DNA of 63,910 nt, the filler included, from Octopus bimaculoides (taxonomy: Eukaryota): assembly GCF_001194135.2 (NCBI RefSeq). It is 6 parts of 5 records of this genome, joined end to end, with 100 filler letters (N's around TTAATTAATTAA, not from the genome) between each part and the next. Parts side by side here need not be neighbours in the genome. Positions count along the whole stretch, not along the records: positions 20,348 to 33,462 come from NC_068982.1; positions 33,563 to 47,630 come from NC_068982.1; 4 more parts are not named here. One strand, 5' to 3'. Of this stretch, positions 22,519 through 36,649 are shown one piece after another. Below the pieces are notes generated by a model. The model saw only the letters and a list, made by a program, of their open reading frames with translations. It was not told the DNA's origin and did no database searches. Positions within the stretch are counted from its first letter, which is position 1. Every line of letters starts with the position of its first letter. The translations under genes and the position numbers were made by a program.

Positions 22519-25500
22519 NNNNNNNNNNNNNNNNNNNNNNNNNNNNNNNNNNNNNNNNNNNNNNNNNNNNNNNNNNNNNNNNNNNNNNNNNNNNNNNNNN
22601 NNNNNNNNNNNNNNNNNNNNNNNNNNNNNNNNNNNNNNNNNNNNNNNNNNNNNNNNNNNNNNNNNNNNNNNNNNNNNNNNNNNNNNNNNNNNNNNNNNNN
22701 NNNNNNNNNNNNNNNNNNNNNNNNNNNNNNNNNNNNNNNNNNNNNNNNNNNNNNNNNNNNNNNNNNNNNNNNNNNNNNNNNNNNNNNNNNNNNNNNNNNN
22801 NNNNNNNNNNNNNNNNNNNNNNNNNNNNNNNNNNNNNNNNNNNNNNNNNNNNNNNNNNNNNNNNNNNNNNNNNNNNNNNNNNNNNNNNNNNNNNNNNNNN
22901 NNNNNNNNNNNNNNNNNNNNNNNNNNNNNNNNNNNNNNNNNNNNNNNNNNNNNNNNNNNNNNNNNNNNNNNNNNNNNNNNNNNNNNNNNNNNNNNNNNNN
23001 NNNNNNNNNNNNNNNNNNNNNNNNNNNNNNNNNNNNNNNNNNNNNNNNNNNNNNNNNNNTTTTTTTTTTTTCACTTTTACTTATATTATTTCACCTTTGC
23101 AGGATTAGGGTATTCTGAACAACATTTTTTTATGCGTTCTTTTTTAAAGACGATGTGAAGGAGATTTGATTTTTATTTCTAGCAGATACAAAGACTACGC
23201 AGAGGCTTTCATTGTTTCCTGCAACTACCAGTAAATATCACAGTCGTGTAATTTTGTTACATATTTTTTTTTACAATGTAGGCAATGTGTTGAATCAGTA
23301 TAAATCATAAATAAAAGAGATGAAAACACATATTAAGGAAATGTTTGACGGAATAGGCAGAGAGTTAAACGATTCTTTCTAATATTTGGTTACTTTCGGA
23401 TTTCAAACACCATTCAAGTCAGCTTTGTCTTTCATTCTTCCAACGATAAAAACCAGTAAATTTACAAGGCTCAATACAATTGGTTATACTCTTCAGGTCG
23501 GTGTTCCAATTCTCTTAGGGTCAAGCCTTAAAAGTATAGCAACTAACATGTTAAATAGCTACACACACGTTTATACTAGCGTAAAACCGACACAACTGAA
23601 ACACTAGCACATACACTTACATACTCTCCCACCCCACCTCTTTCACACATTCTCGTCCTCACATATACTTGGTATTACTCATACTGTAATGAAGGCTTCG
23701 TTTTTACGAGGAGTATCAAGGGGTAAATATCTGTTTAATAGTAGTTGGAAGTCAAAACCAAAAGCTCTCGAAACACTCATTAAATTTATGAAGTTGTAGC
23801 TTGTTTCAGCTCCAATACATACTTGATCTGTTTCATATCTAGCCATCTTGAGCAAAGATTCATCGTTTCGCTGATGATAGGATGCGAATCGTTTTCCTCA
23901 CCATTAGATTTTCGTCTCGTTATACACTCTGCCAACATACACAGCTACAATGAATATTTTTCTAAAATAGAAATATTAGTATTTCTAAGTCTCTCTAAGG
24001 GAGACTATGGCAACGGTACTGGATATTAATAGTTATCGCCAAGCTAACATGGCAGTCCCCAAAAATAGGACGAATGCTGCCGTTGATTAGCTCCAAGAGG
24101 CCATCGCCTCTAGCTAGCTATATGAGACACGAACCTATTTTCTATTTTCTTTTTTTAATATTCAAATATAAAAACTGAAAAAGGTCGAACTGGAACAGAA
24201 TAATGTTTCGTGCGGCAGTTTATAGTCTATAAGATCTCGCTTCTTTAATTACAATATANNNNNNNNNNNNNNNNNNNNNNNNNNNNNNNNNNNNNNNNNN
24301 NNNNNNNNNNNNNNNNNNNNNNNNNNNNNNNNNNNNNNNNNNNNNNNNNNNNNNNNNNNNNNNNNNNNNNNNNNNNNNNNNNNNNNNNNNNNNNNNNNNN
24401 NNNNNNNNNNNNNNNNNNNNNNNNNNNNNNNNNNNNNNNNNNNNNNNNNNNNNNNNNNNNNNNNNNNNNNNNNNNNNNNNNNNNNNNNNNNNNNNNNNNN
24501 NNNNNNNNNNNNNNNNNNNNNNNNNNNNNNNNNNNNNNNNNNNNNNNNNNNNNNNNNNNNNNNNNNNNNNNNNNNNNNNNNNNNNNNNNNNNNNNNNNNN
24601 NNNNNNNNNNNNNNNNNNNNNNNNNNNNNNNNNNNNNNNNNNNNNNNNNNNNNNNNNNNNNNNNNNNNNNNNNNNNNNNNNNNNNNNNNNNNNNNNNNNN
24701 NNNNNNNNNNNNNNNNNNNNNNNNNNNNNNNNNNNNNNNNNNNNNNNNNNNNNNNNNNNNNNNNNNNNNNNNNNNNNNNNNNNNNNNNNNNNNNNNNNNN
24801 NNNNNNNNNNNNNNNNNNNNNNNNNNNNNNNNNNNNNNNNNNNNNNNNNNNNNNNNNNNNNNNNNNNNNNNNNNNNNNNNNNNNNNNNNNNNNNNNNNNN
24901 NNNNNNNNNNNNNNNNNNNNNNNNNNNNNNTATATATATATATATATATATATATATCTGTATATGTATATAGGTAGTGGGTAGATACCAACATCTATCT
25001 CTGTGTCTTCTCTCTCACTCTGTCTCCCCCTTTCCGCCCATCTGTCTCTCTCTCATATATATATACACATGCATACACGTGTGCAGCCTTTTTTCGCATA
25101 ATGCTTACGGAATTGACAAGAAGCTGATGTTAAATTGTAGATTAGATGTGAAGATAAAAACTAGTGGCTGTGTACAGGATTACTTAACAGTACAAGTCTC
25201 AATGTTGATGACTCATGATTTTCTCCTGAAATGTCCAACACAGGGATTCTCTTTCTATTAATCCTTGGCATTTTATTCATAAGGCAAATACTTCATTAAA
25301 TCTATCCAAACTTCCTTCATTTTTATCTCGTTCTCATTTTTCTTTCTATCAAGCTTCGGCATATAATTCAATGTATTCATTAAACAAACCTTTATTCATT
25401 ATACAAAACATTCTATTCGTGAATCTTCTTCTCTTTCTGTGTCTGTCCGTTATTTCTGGTCGGTTGTTTTGTTATAGCAATCGTTAAGATATGATATTGT

Positions 25501-25564
25501 TTATGCTATAACAAAACAAGGATATCGTTTTATTTTATACGATTATTATTACATCTTACTTTAA

Positions 25565-25782
25565 AACGGTGAGCGGGCAGAATTGTTACCGCACCGGGAA
25601 AATTGCTCAGCAGCATTTCATGCGCCTTTACGTTCTGAGTTCAAATCTCACAGGGGTCGGCATTGCTTTTTATGCTTTTGGGTCGATGAAGTAAGTACCA
25701 GTTGAGCACTGGGGTCGACCTGATTAACTTACGCCATCTCCCGAACTTGCTGGCCTTGTGTCAAAATTTGAAACCATTATTA
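25565..25782 (+). mobile_element. SINE family B
   Basis: Head, core and tail motifs. Confidence 0.8.
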
Positions 25783-26184
25783 CATCATTCGTTACTGTAT
25801 GACTTATGGTTGTGGTTTTTTTCTTTTCTTGCAAGCATAACCGTATGATTAAGAAACTTGCTTTGTAACCATGCAACTTCAGGTCCAGTTACACTGCGCG
25901 GCACCTTCGACATGTGTCTTCTACTACAGCATCAGATAACAGATAAACAATGTGCCCCAACTTATTTTATATATGTCTTATTTCATTGTTTCGGTTTCTT
26001 TATTATATAGGTACAGGAGTGGCTGTGTGGTAAGAAGCTTGCTTTCCAACCACATAGTTCCGGGTTCAGTCCTACTGCGTGGCACCTTGGGCAGGTGTCT
26101 TCCACTATAACGTCGGGCCAACCAAAGCCTTGTGGGCTTTCCTTGGTAAACGGAAACTGAAAGAAGTCTCCCGTATATATATAA

Positions 26185-27000
26185 CACCTGTCCGTGTTCG
26201 GATTGTCCTTGCACAGGAGCCATCCGGACTCCCGTTTGCGTCGTGAACAGGGATTAATCTCTCTTTGCTACTTTGCGCCACATGGGCACAACTCTCCTCT
26301 CCTCTTCCTCTAACCTCCTCCCCTCACCTCTCTCCCATCCACACCTATTTCCTCCCACCCACCTTTTCCTCCCTTACTCCGACTCCNNNNNNNNNNNNNN
26401 NNNNNNNNNNNNNNNNNNNNNNNNNNNNNNNNNNNNNNNNNNNNNNNNNNNNNNNNNNNNNNNNNNNNNNNNNNNNNNNNNGCCTAACCCACACACCACC
26501 ATTGCTTTCCCCACTCTCGTCTCCCCACCTCCCAGCACCATCACACCACATCACACACCATACACCATATACCACCATACCACACAACACATCACATCAC
26601 ACCACCACACACACACTAGCACTGACCACTTCCTAGTCCCACATCTTCACACCTACACATACATACACGCACACGTCAAGGTCACCAGCCCTCTTCTACA
26701 CGCACATACATACTCTGTTATACATACGCACGCGTACCTTCGTTTTGGGATCACTACTACTTTATTATCTACCGTTCTTCCTTGCTCTCCTGTGTGACCC
26801 TTCTGTCCGGCATTCGCCATGATAGATCGCTAGCCACTACACATTCTTTATTTTCTCTCCTTGTTCCTTTCTGTGTTCCTTTCTGTGGAAGAGCGTAGGC
26901 TCGAAACGTTAAAGACTTTTTCACTTCCCAAGCGTTAAACTAATACATCTGTTTGTTGTCTACACCACCTGTCTTCGTCTTTTGGTCTTTTGTGAATTCT
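26185..27000 (+). mobile_element. Penelope-like element 3' fragment (GIY-YIG C-terminus plus pLTR-like tail)
   Basis: Translates LSVFGLSLHRSHPDSRLRREQGLISLCYFAPHGHNS, like the GIY-YIG C-terminal R..RE...I..L....P.GLN motif; pyrimidine-rich tail with a hammerhead motif. Confidence 0.7.
26879..26914 (+). ncRNA. minimal type I hammerhead ribozyme motif (PLE type)
   Basis: CTTT/AAAG stem I; core CTGTGGA plus extra A (A6>U variant); GAGC-gtag-GCTC stem II; GAAACGTT with palindromic AACGTT. Confidence 0.6.
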
Positions 27001-27284
27001 CCCTATATATATATATATATATATATATACGAGAGGCTTCTGTGCGCGCTCGTGCGTGTGCCTGTGTTTGTCCTCCCATCACTGCTTGACAACCGGTGTT
27101 GGAGTGTTTGCGTCGCCATAACTTAGCGGTTCGGCAAAAGTTATCGATAGAAATGTACCAGATTTGAAAAATAATTGAAAATGTACCGGGGTCAATTCGT
27201 TCAACTAAAATTCTTCAGGGCAGCATGGCCTTAGTCTAGTGACTGGAAGAATAAAAGAAAACATATATCTTATTTTTGTTCTGT

Positions 27285-27692
27285 ATATATTACTCTTTTA
27301 CACGTTTCAGCGATTTGATTGCGGCCATGCTGAAGCACGGCTTTCAGTCGAACAAATCGACCCTAGGATTTATTCTTTGTAAGCCGAGTACTTATTCTAT
27401 TAGCCTCTTTTGCCGAACCACTAAGTTTAGGGGCTATAAACACACCAAAATCGGTTGTCAAGTGATGGTGGGGGAACAAACACAGACACAAAGGCACACA
27501 CACATAAACACATAAATATACACACATATATATAGACACGACGGGCTTCTTTCAGTTTCCGTCTACCAAATCCACTCACAAAGCTTTGGTCGGTTCGAGG
27601 CTATAGTAGAAGACACTTGCCCAAGGCGCCACGCAGTGGTACTGAACCCGGAATCCATGTGGTTGGGAAGAAAGCTTCTTACCATACAGCCA
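27285..27692 (-). mobile_element. full-length SINE family A
   Basis: Family A motifs in reverse. Confidence 0.85.
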
Positions 27693-27844
27693 TTTTTTGG
27701 TATATGCCTTATTTTTAACTGTCTTCTTTTTTTACTATGTCCCCTTTTCTTTTCTAAATATGCACCGCAATTTTTAGTATTTATCATAATTTCAACAGTA
27801 CGTCTCATTTCCTTTGCTTATCATATATCTCATTTCATATTTAC

Positions 27845-28300
27845 TGCGAGCTGGCAGAATCGTTAGCCCGCCGGCCATAATGCTTAGCAGCATTTTGTCC
27901 GTCTTTTCGTTCTGAGTTCAAGTTACGCCGAGGTCGAATTTTCCTTTCGGCGTCGATAAAATAAATGCCGAACAGATCAACTCCAGCACTTATTTTCCAA
28001 GTCAAGTACATATTCTTTAGTCTTTTTGCCAAACTGCAAAGATTCTGGGACATAAAAAGAACCAACACTGGTTGTCAAACGGTGGGGAAGGAGACAAATA
28101 CAGGCTCAACGACACGCATATAGATACATACATACATACATACATACATATGTATGTGTGTGTTTGCGTTTATCAAATTCACTCACAAAGCATTGGTTTG
28201 CCAGGGGTTATAGTTGCAGATTTGTCCAAAATGCCGTGCAATGAGACTGAACGCGAAATTGCGAGGTTGTAAAGCGAACTTCTTAACCACACAACCACGT
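27845..28300. mobile_element. SINE B 5' fragment (+, 27845-27960) and diverged SINE A (-, 28010-28300)
   Basis: Family motifs. Confidence 0.65.
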
Positions 28301-29291
28301 TGGCTTTTGCTTACAATGCTACGAGGTTACAAGATTGTACATAGTAATTAAGAAAATTGGATCTCTACAGTAAAAGATAAAAATGTAATAATAATGATTC
28401 TGATATCGTAGCATAGAAAATAAGAGAATATAAAATTGATTCACTGTATTTCATGTACTGCACGTTTCTCTTTCTCTCTGACTTTACGCAAGATATTCAA
28501 ATCAGTTGGTCAGCTGACCTCTACAACAGTAACTGATCTGTAGAATGGGGCATGACTTTTATTTCCTGTTCAGAGACGAAGTTAATTGTTGGAAAATTTA
28601 TCGTTTTAATAACAATAATTTGTCTTAACTATTTAGACGCTTAATCAATAAGTTACACAGTTACGTAGGCTAGTGTTAACATAGTTAACATAAAAGAACA
28701 CTATTAATTAATGACTATTTTCCTATTACTGTATGTACGAGAAACAATTCTGGACATATTTCTCTGTTTTGCTGACTTCATCGGTGATGAGCAACACGCG
28801 TTGTACTTGCTGAAGTTGTGAAGGATGATTAATTAAATAACAAGAGAGCGCATTTATTATTGGTGAACAAAAATGGAATTCTTCAGGAATGAAGTGATTC
28901 AGAGACACCATCCGCTTGAAAAACAAAGATGGTGTGGTTATAAACTTAATTCCTGTCGAGGTAATTTTGCTTTTCCTCTTTTCGGGGACGACCTTTTTTT
29001 TAGTAAAAATGTACCAATCTAAGGAGATAGATTGACCGAATCGGTTGAGGATCAGGCAAGATGCCTTGAAATATCTGTTCCGGCTCGTTGCGTTCTGATA
29101 GAGACGCCTGCGAAGACACTGGTACTTAAGCTGCAAGGGGGACACTTCAAAGGTGTGGATAGGGGAGAACCTACATTCATTGACAACTGCTAGTCTTTTT
29201 CTAAAAACATCTTACTTAGGTCTACTCATATACTTGTTCAGATGCATAGTCACTATTAACAGACAGAGGCCCTACGGGTAATTTACATACT

Positions 29292-29685
29292 CTTTTACTC
29301 TTTTACTTGTTTCAGTCATGTAACTGCGGCCATGCTGGAGCACCGCCTTTAGTCGAGCAAATCGACCCCGGGACTTATTCTTTGTAAGCCTAGTACTTAT
29401 TCTATCGGTCTTTTTTGCCGAACCGCTAGGTTACAGGGACGTAAACACACCAGCATCGGTTGTCAAGCGATGTTGGGGGGACAAACACAGACACACAAGC
29501 ACACATATATATACATATATACGACGGGCTTCTTTCAGTTTCCGTCTACCAAATCCACTCACAAGGCTTTGGTCGGCCCGAGGCTATAGTAGAAGACATT
29601 TGCCCAAGGTGCCACGTAGTGGAACTGAACCCGGAACCATATGGTCGGTAAGCAAGCTACTTACCACACAGCCACTCCTGCGCCT
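29292..29685 (-). mobile_element. full-length, apparently young SINE family A
   Basis: Head aggcgcaggagtggctgtgtggtaagtagc...gggttcagttcc to tail aagtaaaagagtaaaagagta. Confidence 0.92.
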
Positions 29686-29814
29686 CAAACATCTTTACAT
29701 TTTCATTATAATGACGACTTCCATTCTGTTTTAGTTGAGTTAAATTTAATTTAATTTAATTTTCGTATGTTACTTTGCTTTCTCTATGACGCTCAATTAA
29801 TATCTATTTCTATC

Positions 29815-30112
29815 TTTTATCTTTTACTTCTTTCAGTCATTGGACTGCGGCCATGCTGGGGCACCGCTTTGAAAAGTTTAGTCGAACAAATCGACACCAA
29901 TACTTATTTTTAAAGTCCGATACATATTCTATCGGTTTCTTTTGCCGAACCACGAAGTTATGTGGGCGTGAACAAACCAACACTGGTTGTTGCGCGTAGT
30001 GGGTGGAAACAAACACAAACGCAGACACACACGCATACGCACACACTCAGACATACATATATTTACGACGGGTTTCCACACAGTTGCTTCTACCAAGTTC
30101 ACTCACAAGTTC
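29815..30112 (-). mobile_element. SINE family A, partial
   Basis: Family A motifs. Confidence 0.75.
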
Positions 30113-30457
30113 ACTGACAAACGAAATATACACCGCCGGAAGTTGTTGTTGACAAATAACAGCAGTAATTTTATTCAGCTGAAAACACGTCATTGATAGA
30201 CTGAAATTACCGAAATACGACAACTTTAACACGAAATAACTTCGTAAATAGAAACTTTTCTCAACAACGCTAAGAGTAAAAGATGTTTTATGTGACACAT
30301 TCTACCAGTGTCCGAAGTTTGAAAGTGTTTAGTTACAAAAAATTAATTTCTCAATCTGCCGATGAAAGTGAAAAGATCCAAGGATTTTGACAAACATAGC
30401 TGACTGACCGAACGATTAATCAAATAATCGATTAGTGAAATGATTAATCGGTTTACT

Positions 30458-30458
30458 C

Positions 30459-30490
<32 letters not shown>

Positions 30491-30505
30491 ATTATTATTA
30501 TTATT

Positions 30506-30543
<38 letters not shown>
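30458..30543. repeat. (ATT)n followed by (AAT)n microsatellite
   Basis: Direct reading. Confidence 0.95.
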
Positions 30544-30545
<2 letters not shown>

Positions 30546-31438
30546 TGAAATAGAATCGGTGCGTGTGTTTATTATTGGCATAATGACCTCCCGTCATACA
30601 AGAAAATTAAAGTCATTACTGCTATCGAAATATATTTCTTCGAAATATATTGTTCCATAATTCCATTGATAAATTTCACTTTCTTGTCTTTAACACAGGT
30701 TATTCTATCTCTTCAGTAATTTTTTTTCAATTTCAGTAACGTTGATCTTTTTTCTGTCTTTCATTTCCCAAACAATATCCTCCAAGCATATTTCACTTAC
30801 ATTTTCAGTTAAACCATTCAGCTCCAGTCATATCCCACCTAATTATTAACATTACTTTTCGCTCCAGTCCCAGTAATATTTTCTTCAGCTTAATAAAATA
30901 TTCTCATGTGTAGTAATACCCATTTTTTTCTCCGTCGTGGGTTTATATGCTCCAATACTAGACTATTTCCTATAGTCAATGCATACGGTGAAAACTTACA
31001 TTTACAAAAAATAACACTTTCTTCCTATGGCCCTAGAATGATCCAAATTATTCAGGTATGGCACAAACAATAACTTTCAAAACGGGGGAAAAAATTAACA
31101 CGTACTTAGTGACTCCCCTGTTGGTACATTAGAGACTTCCAAGCCAACAAAGCGAAACTAATATCTTTACAACGCAAACAGGCAACACCAACAAATACTA
31201 AATATTCATACTTTACAAAGCACAATGTTATTACCATAAAAGACACAATCACGACAGCATGAAGAACATCAGCATCTACTTAAAATTCATTAGGTATATT
31301 AAAAGTAAATGTGGAAAATCATTATATTCTCTTTTTCTTTCAAACTTCTCTATCAATCACTCTTTATATTTGTGTGCGTGTGTGTGCGTGTGTATGTGTA
31401 TGTGTGTACTCATACAGACACATTTGTCGATATATTTC

Positions 31439-31469
<31 letters not shown>

Positions 31470-32394
31470 GAATTTAAGGATGGTCAAGAATTCTATTAAA
31501 AAGGTTTGGGGGAGAAATTAGTTTTCTTAATTTTCTTCTACTTTATGTTGTGTATGTGTGTGTTATTTTCGTGAGTGCGTGCGCACGCGCTACTCAGTGT
31601 CTGAAACTCTGAATAGGAAGAGAATGAATCACCAGAACAAGTGCATGCGCCCATGCACAAACACGTACACACACACGCACGCACGCACGCACGCACACAC
31701 ACATACACACACACGCACACGTGAGGCAGATCGTTTATTTAGAACGAAAAATTTCCATTTTTAGATAAACTCACAGTAAAATAGTGATGTGGAAATGAGT
31801 AAATTATAGACCCTTATTTATTGACCAATGGTGAATGGTTCCATATTTAATTGTAGTTTACATGTATTAGTGAATTGTTTTTTAAAATTTATTCTTTGTT
31901 GTTGGGTGAATAGGTCTGCGCACGTGTAGAGTAAGTTCATTCCTGCACAAGCAATAATGTCGCTACTTAAGGAAATTTTCTTTATATTTTCGCCTTGGAT
32001 CTGTTGGCGGTGAATCGTCATTCGTTTGCGTAATGAAACGCTCGACCGTCCTATGTAATTTTTCTGACATCCACAACATGTAATTACGTAGATTAAATTT
32101 TCTGAGTCGTACGTGAAGTAGACTTTTACTTTGAAGGTTTAGCCACCTTGAAATTTGAATTCTGGTCCTTCAATTACGTATAGGCAAGTGCCACAATTTA
32201 TTTTTTCCGTATTTTTTCACAGTTGGGTTGGAGATTTGTTCTAGTGAGAATTCTTTTCAGTGTTTTGGGCTGCTTTTTGCTTTTGATGATTTGGTTTATT
32301 TCCAGATATTTTTTTCATCTTTTCATCTTCGCATAGAATGGGGAGGTTTTGTGAATGTGATCAAATATTTCGATGTTTTTATGGTATATATTTT

Positions 32395-32629
32395 TTCTTT
32401 TATCGTTTACTTATTTCAGTTATTAGACTGCAGCCATGCTGGGACACCACCCTGAAGAATTTTAATCGAGAAAATCGACCTCGGTAAAGCCTGGTACTTG
32501 CTCCATCGGGCTTTTTTGTCGAATCGCTAATTTACAAGGACGTAAACACACCATCCTCAGCTGTCAAGCGGTGGAGTGGGAGAACAAACACAGATCCACA
32601 CACACACACATATACGCACACACACACAC

Positions 32630-32714
<85 letters not shown>

Positions 32715-33065
32715 GGTGTGTGTATATCTATATATGTATTCTTTTATTCTTTTACTTGTTTCAATCATTTGACTGCGGCCATGCTGGAACACCGCCTTTA
32801 TTCGAACAAATCAACCCCAGGAGTTATTCTTTGCAAGCCTAGTACTTATTCTATCTGTTTCTTTTGCCGAACCGCTAAGTTACGGGGACGTAAGCGCACC
32901 AACATAGGTTGTCAAGCGATCGTGGTGGGGACAAACACAGACACACGCACAAATATATACATATATATTCAGTTTCCGTCTACCAAATCCAGGCTACAAT
33001 AGAAGTCATTTACTCAATGTGTCATGAAGTGGGACTGAACCTGGAACCATGTGGTTGGGAAGCAG
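32395..33065 (-). mobile_element. two SINE family A copies separated by a long (CA)n
   Basis: 32395-32600 and 32742-33065; (CA)n at 32598-32712. Confidence 0.8.
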
Positions 33066-33307
33066 ACCAAACTTTTTTTTTTACCAAACAGCCTAAATCA
33101 CATGCAAATAGGAAGATAAATAAAAAGATAGACATGTAGATGGATAGATCAGAAATAAAGCTTTGGAGAAAGGAAAAAATGATAAAGAATGATACCGTGT
33201 ACGCATACACTCACTCGCACCCGACCAAGCGGGGGCATGCACACACTCTCTCATAAAGTCAACAGTTTGACTCATACACATCTCTCACTCTTTCTCTATC
33301 TTCTCAT

Positions 33308-33351
<44 letters not shown>

Positions 33352-33575
33352 CACAATATATTTAAATAACCATGTTATCTCTTGACACCTTTATTAGTTC
33401 TTCCGCTCTCTAAGCTTACTTTCTAACCCCACTGCGTCCAACACATCACCACTACAGCCATCNNNNNNNNNNNNNNNNNNNNNNNNNNNNNNNNNNNNNN
33501 NNNNNNTTAATTAATTAANNNNNNNNNNNNNNNNNNNNNNNNNNNNNNNNNNNNNNNNNNNNATATATATATATG

Positions 33576-33609
<34 letters not shown>

Positions 33610-33992
33610 TGCGCACCACTGTCTAGCGCTTCAAACGTATATAAAGTATATATATATATGTGTATCAAATAAGCTCTGCCAATAATATAGGGAAATACAT
33701 CTATATGTGGACTCTATATATTCCAAAGCAAAACGATGAAGTAAAAGATGAACATCAACTGCAAGGACAAAAACAAGAACCACAAGAACCATACCAGCAG
33801 CAGCAGCAGCAGCAGGATAAAGAACAAAGAACATGAAAAAATAATAATAAATAACGCCACTTTTCTTTAAATATATAATAGAAAAGAACAAAATTTCCAG
33901 AATGTGTCGTGACGTATCTATTGCACATTCCAACGTGCTTCTAGTTATTGGAAATAGCTTTATACTGGCCCAAAACGTTTGCGTGTAGACGT

Positions 33993-33993
33993 T

Positions 33994-34052
<59 letters not shown>
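33993..34052. repeat. (GTA)n microsatellite
   Basis: Direct reading. Confidence 0.95.
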
Positions 34053-34053
<1 letters not shown>

Positions 34054-34449
34054 TTATATTTTTTTTTACTAGTTGTTATTCATGTTATTGTTTATGATGT
34101 TCTTGTAGGTTTGTACATTTTAAATTTCATTATAATGTATATTTTGTGGGGGGGTTTTTTCTCTTCATAACTGGTGAAACGGATGGTCAGATAAATTCAT
34201 TGCCTCGGGAGCGTGATGGCAAAAACAAATAAAATGAAAAACAAAAAGAGAAAAGAAAAGCAAACCAAACACATACACTTACGTACATACGTACTTAGAT
34301 TCGAATACACACATGTACAAACGCACACACTGCCAACTTCACATACAAGCCTGAACGTACTGAGTTCATTATACTTGGGTTTGTATATGCAAGCGTGCCT
34401 TCATTTACCTTACGTATATATGCATATACATACGCACACACACACACAA

Positions 34450-34492
<43 letters not shown>

Positions 34493-34949
34493 TGTATGTG
34501 TATATAAATGGATACGCACATACGCGCATACAAATTCACTGAGACACATACTGATATAAATTCACTCACAAACACATATATATATATAACTTCAAACAGC
34601 AACTTATTTGGAATAAATGGAAGCAAACAGCAAAATGGATGGACGCAAGTCAGGTAGAGATGAAAACAAAAACCCCAGTAAAAACGTACAAGGCATAAAA
34701 AATGGAATAGAAATATAAAACGAAAGGAATCGAGAAGTGAAGAAGCAGACTAAGAACTGCTCTTGTAAAGGATTGATATATAGACAGATAAATAGAAAGA
34801 GAAAGTCACAGAAAGAGCGAGCGAGAGAGAGAGGGGGGATAAGTGAGAGAGATACACTGACAGACGGACAGACAGATAGGTAAGTAGACAGATAGGTAGA
34901 TAGAACAAATGAGAGCGAACGGATGAGTAAATGGATATCAATTGAGCAC

Positions 34950-35333
<384 letters not shown>

Positions 35334-36584
35334 NNNNNNNNNNNNNNNNNNNNNNNNNNNNNNNNNNNNNNNNNNNNNNNNNNNNNNNNNNNNNNNNNNN
35401 NNNNNNNNNNNNNNNNNNNNNNNNNNNNNNNNNNNNNNNNNNNNNNNNNNNNNNNNNNNNNNNNNNNNNNNNNNNNNNNNNNNNNNNNNNNNNNNNNNNN
35501 NNNNNNNNNNNNNNNNNNNNNNNNNNNNNNNNNNNNNNNNNNNNNNNNNNNNNNNNNNNNNNNNNNNNNNNNNNNNNNNNNNNNNNNNNNNNNNNNNNNN
35601 NNNNNNNNNNNNNNNNNNNNNNNNNNNNNNNNNNNNNNNNNNNNNNNNNNNNNNNNNNNNNNNNNNNNNNNNNNNNNNNNNNNNNNNNNNNNNNNNNNNN
35701 NNNNNNNNNNNNNNNNNNNNNNNNNNNNNNNNNNNNNNNNNNNNNNNNNNNNNNNNNNNNNNNNNNNNNNNNNNNNNNNNNNNNNNNNNNNNNNNNNNNN
35801 NNNNNNNNNNNNNNNNNNNNNNNNNNNNNNNNNNNNNNNNNNNNNNNNNNNNNNNNNNNNNNNNNNNNNNNNNNNNNNNNNNNNNNNNNNNNNNNNNNNN
35901 NNNNNNNNNNNATATATATATATATATATATATTTGTATATATACATACACACGTACATACATTCAATGCGAAGTTACTCAGTGAATGCTATTGGGGGAG
36001 CAAGAGATGGAGGATCTATAAATTCTCATATAAACTTTTATAGCTTGATTAGCAGCTATAGAATATCAGCCCCACGCAACAATAAAGAATATCAATATGA
36101 AAAATAAATAAACACGAAATAAAACAAAGCAATCCTAAGAAAAAAAAAATAATAATTACAATACAACAATATTCATGTCCACCATCAGCACTTCACCTCC
36201 AAAGACAGTTTGCAAAAAATGCCGATAGAAAACACGAAATCAGTAACAGCCAAGCATCACAATCAAATATTATACAAAGAAATGAAAAACATGAAATGCA
36301 AAAAAATAAAAAAAATAAATAATAACAATAATAATAAATAAATAAAAAAAACATGCGAGTTTTAAGTTGGATAGAGGGGGTAAGAAAAAATGTGAAAACA
36401 GAATAGTTATAAAATAGCGGCTTCAAAATAAACAGCCAGTCGTTGGAACAGTAGAGAAGAAGCAAACTGTATGACGTGCATCTGTCATTTTGACCAAACG
36501 GAAACGGATGAAGAGTAGATGGATGAGGGAGGAAACGTTTGTGTCAATGTGTTTGTGTATGCGTGTCCGTATGTGCGTGTGTGT

Positions 36585-36649
<65 letters not shown>

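Larger units (their letters stand above)
26008..27260 (+). mobile_element. SINE family A split into a 5' half (26008-26182) and 3' half (27030-27260) by a Penelope-like insertion
   Basis: The halves are collinear and the break falls in the SINE internal (TA)n. Confidence 0.7.

Noticed and set aside
23690-23900. Minus-strand peptide SYNFINLMSVSRAFGFDFQLLLNRYLP faintly reminiscent of M13 peptidases
   Set aside because: Bounded by stops, no convincing acceptor, no compatible neighbouring exon; needs BLASTX
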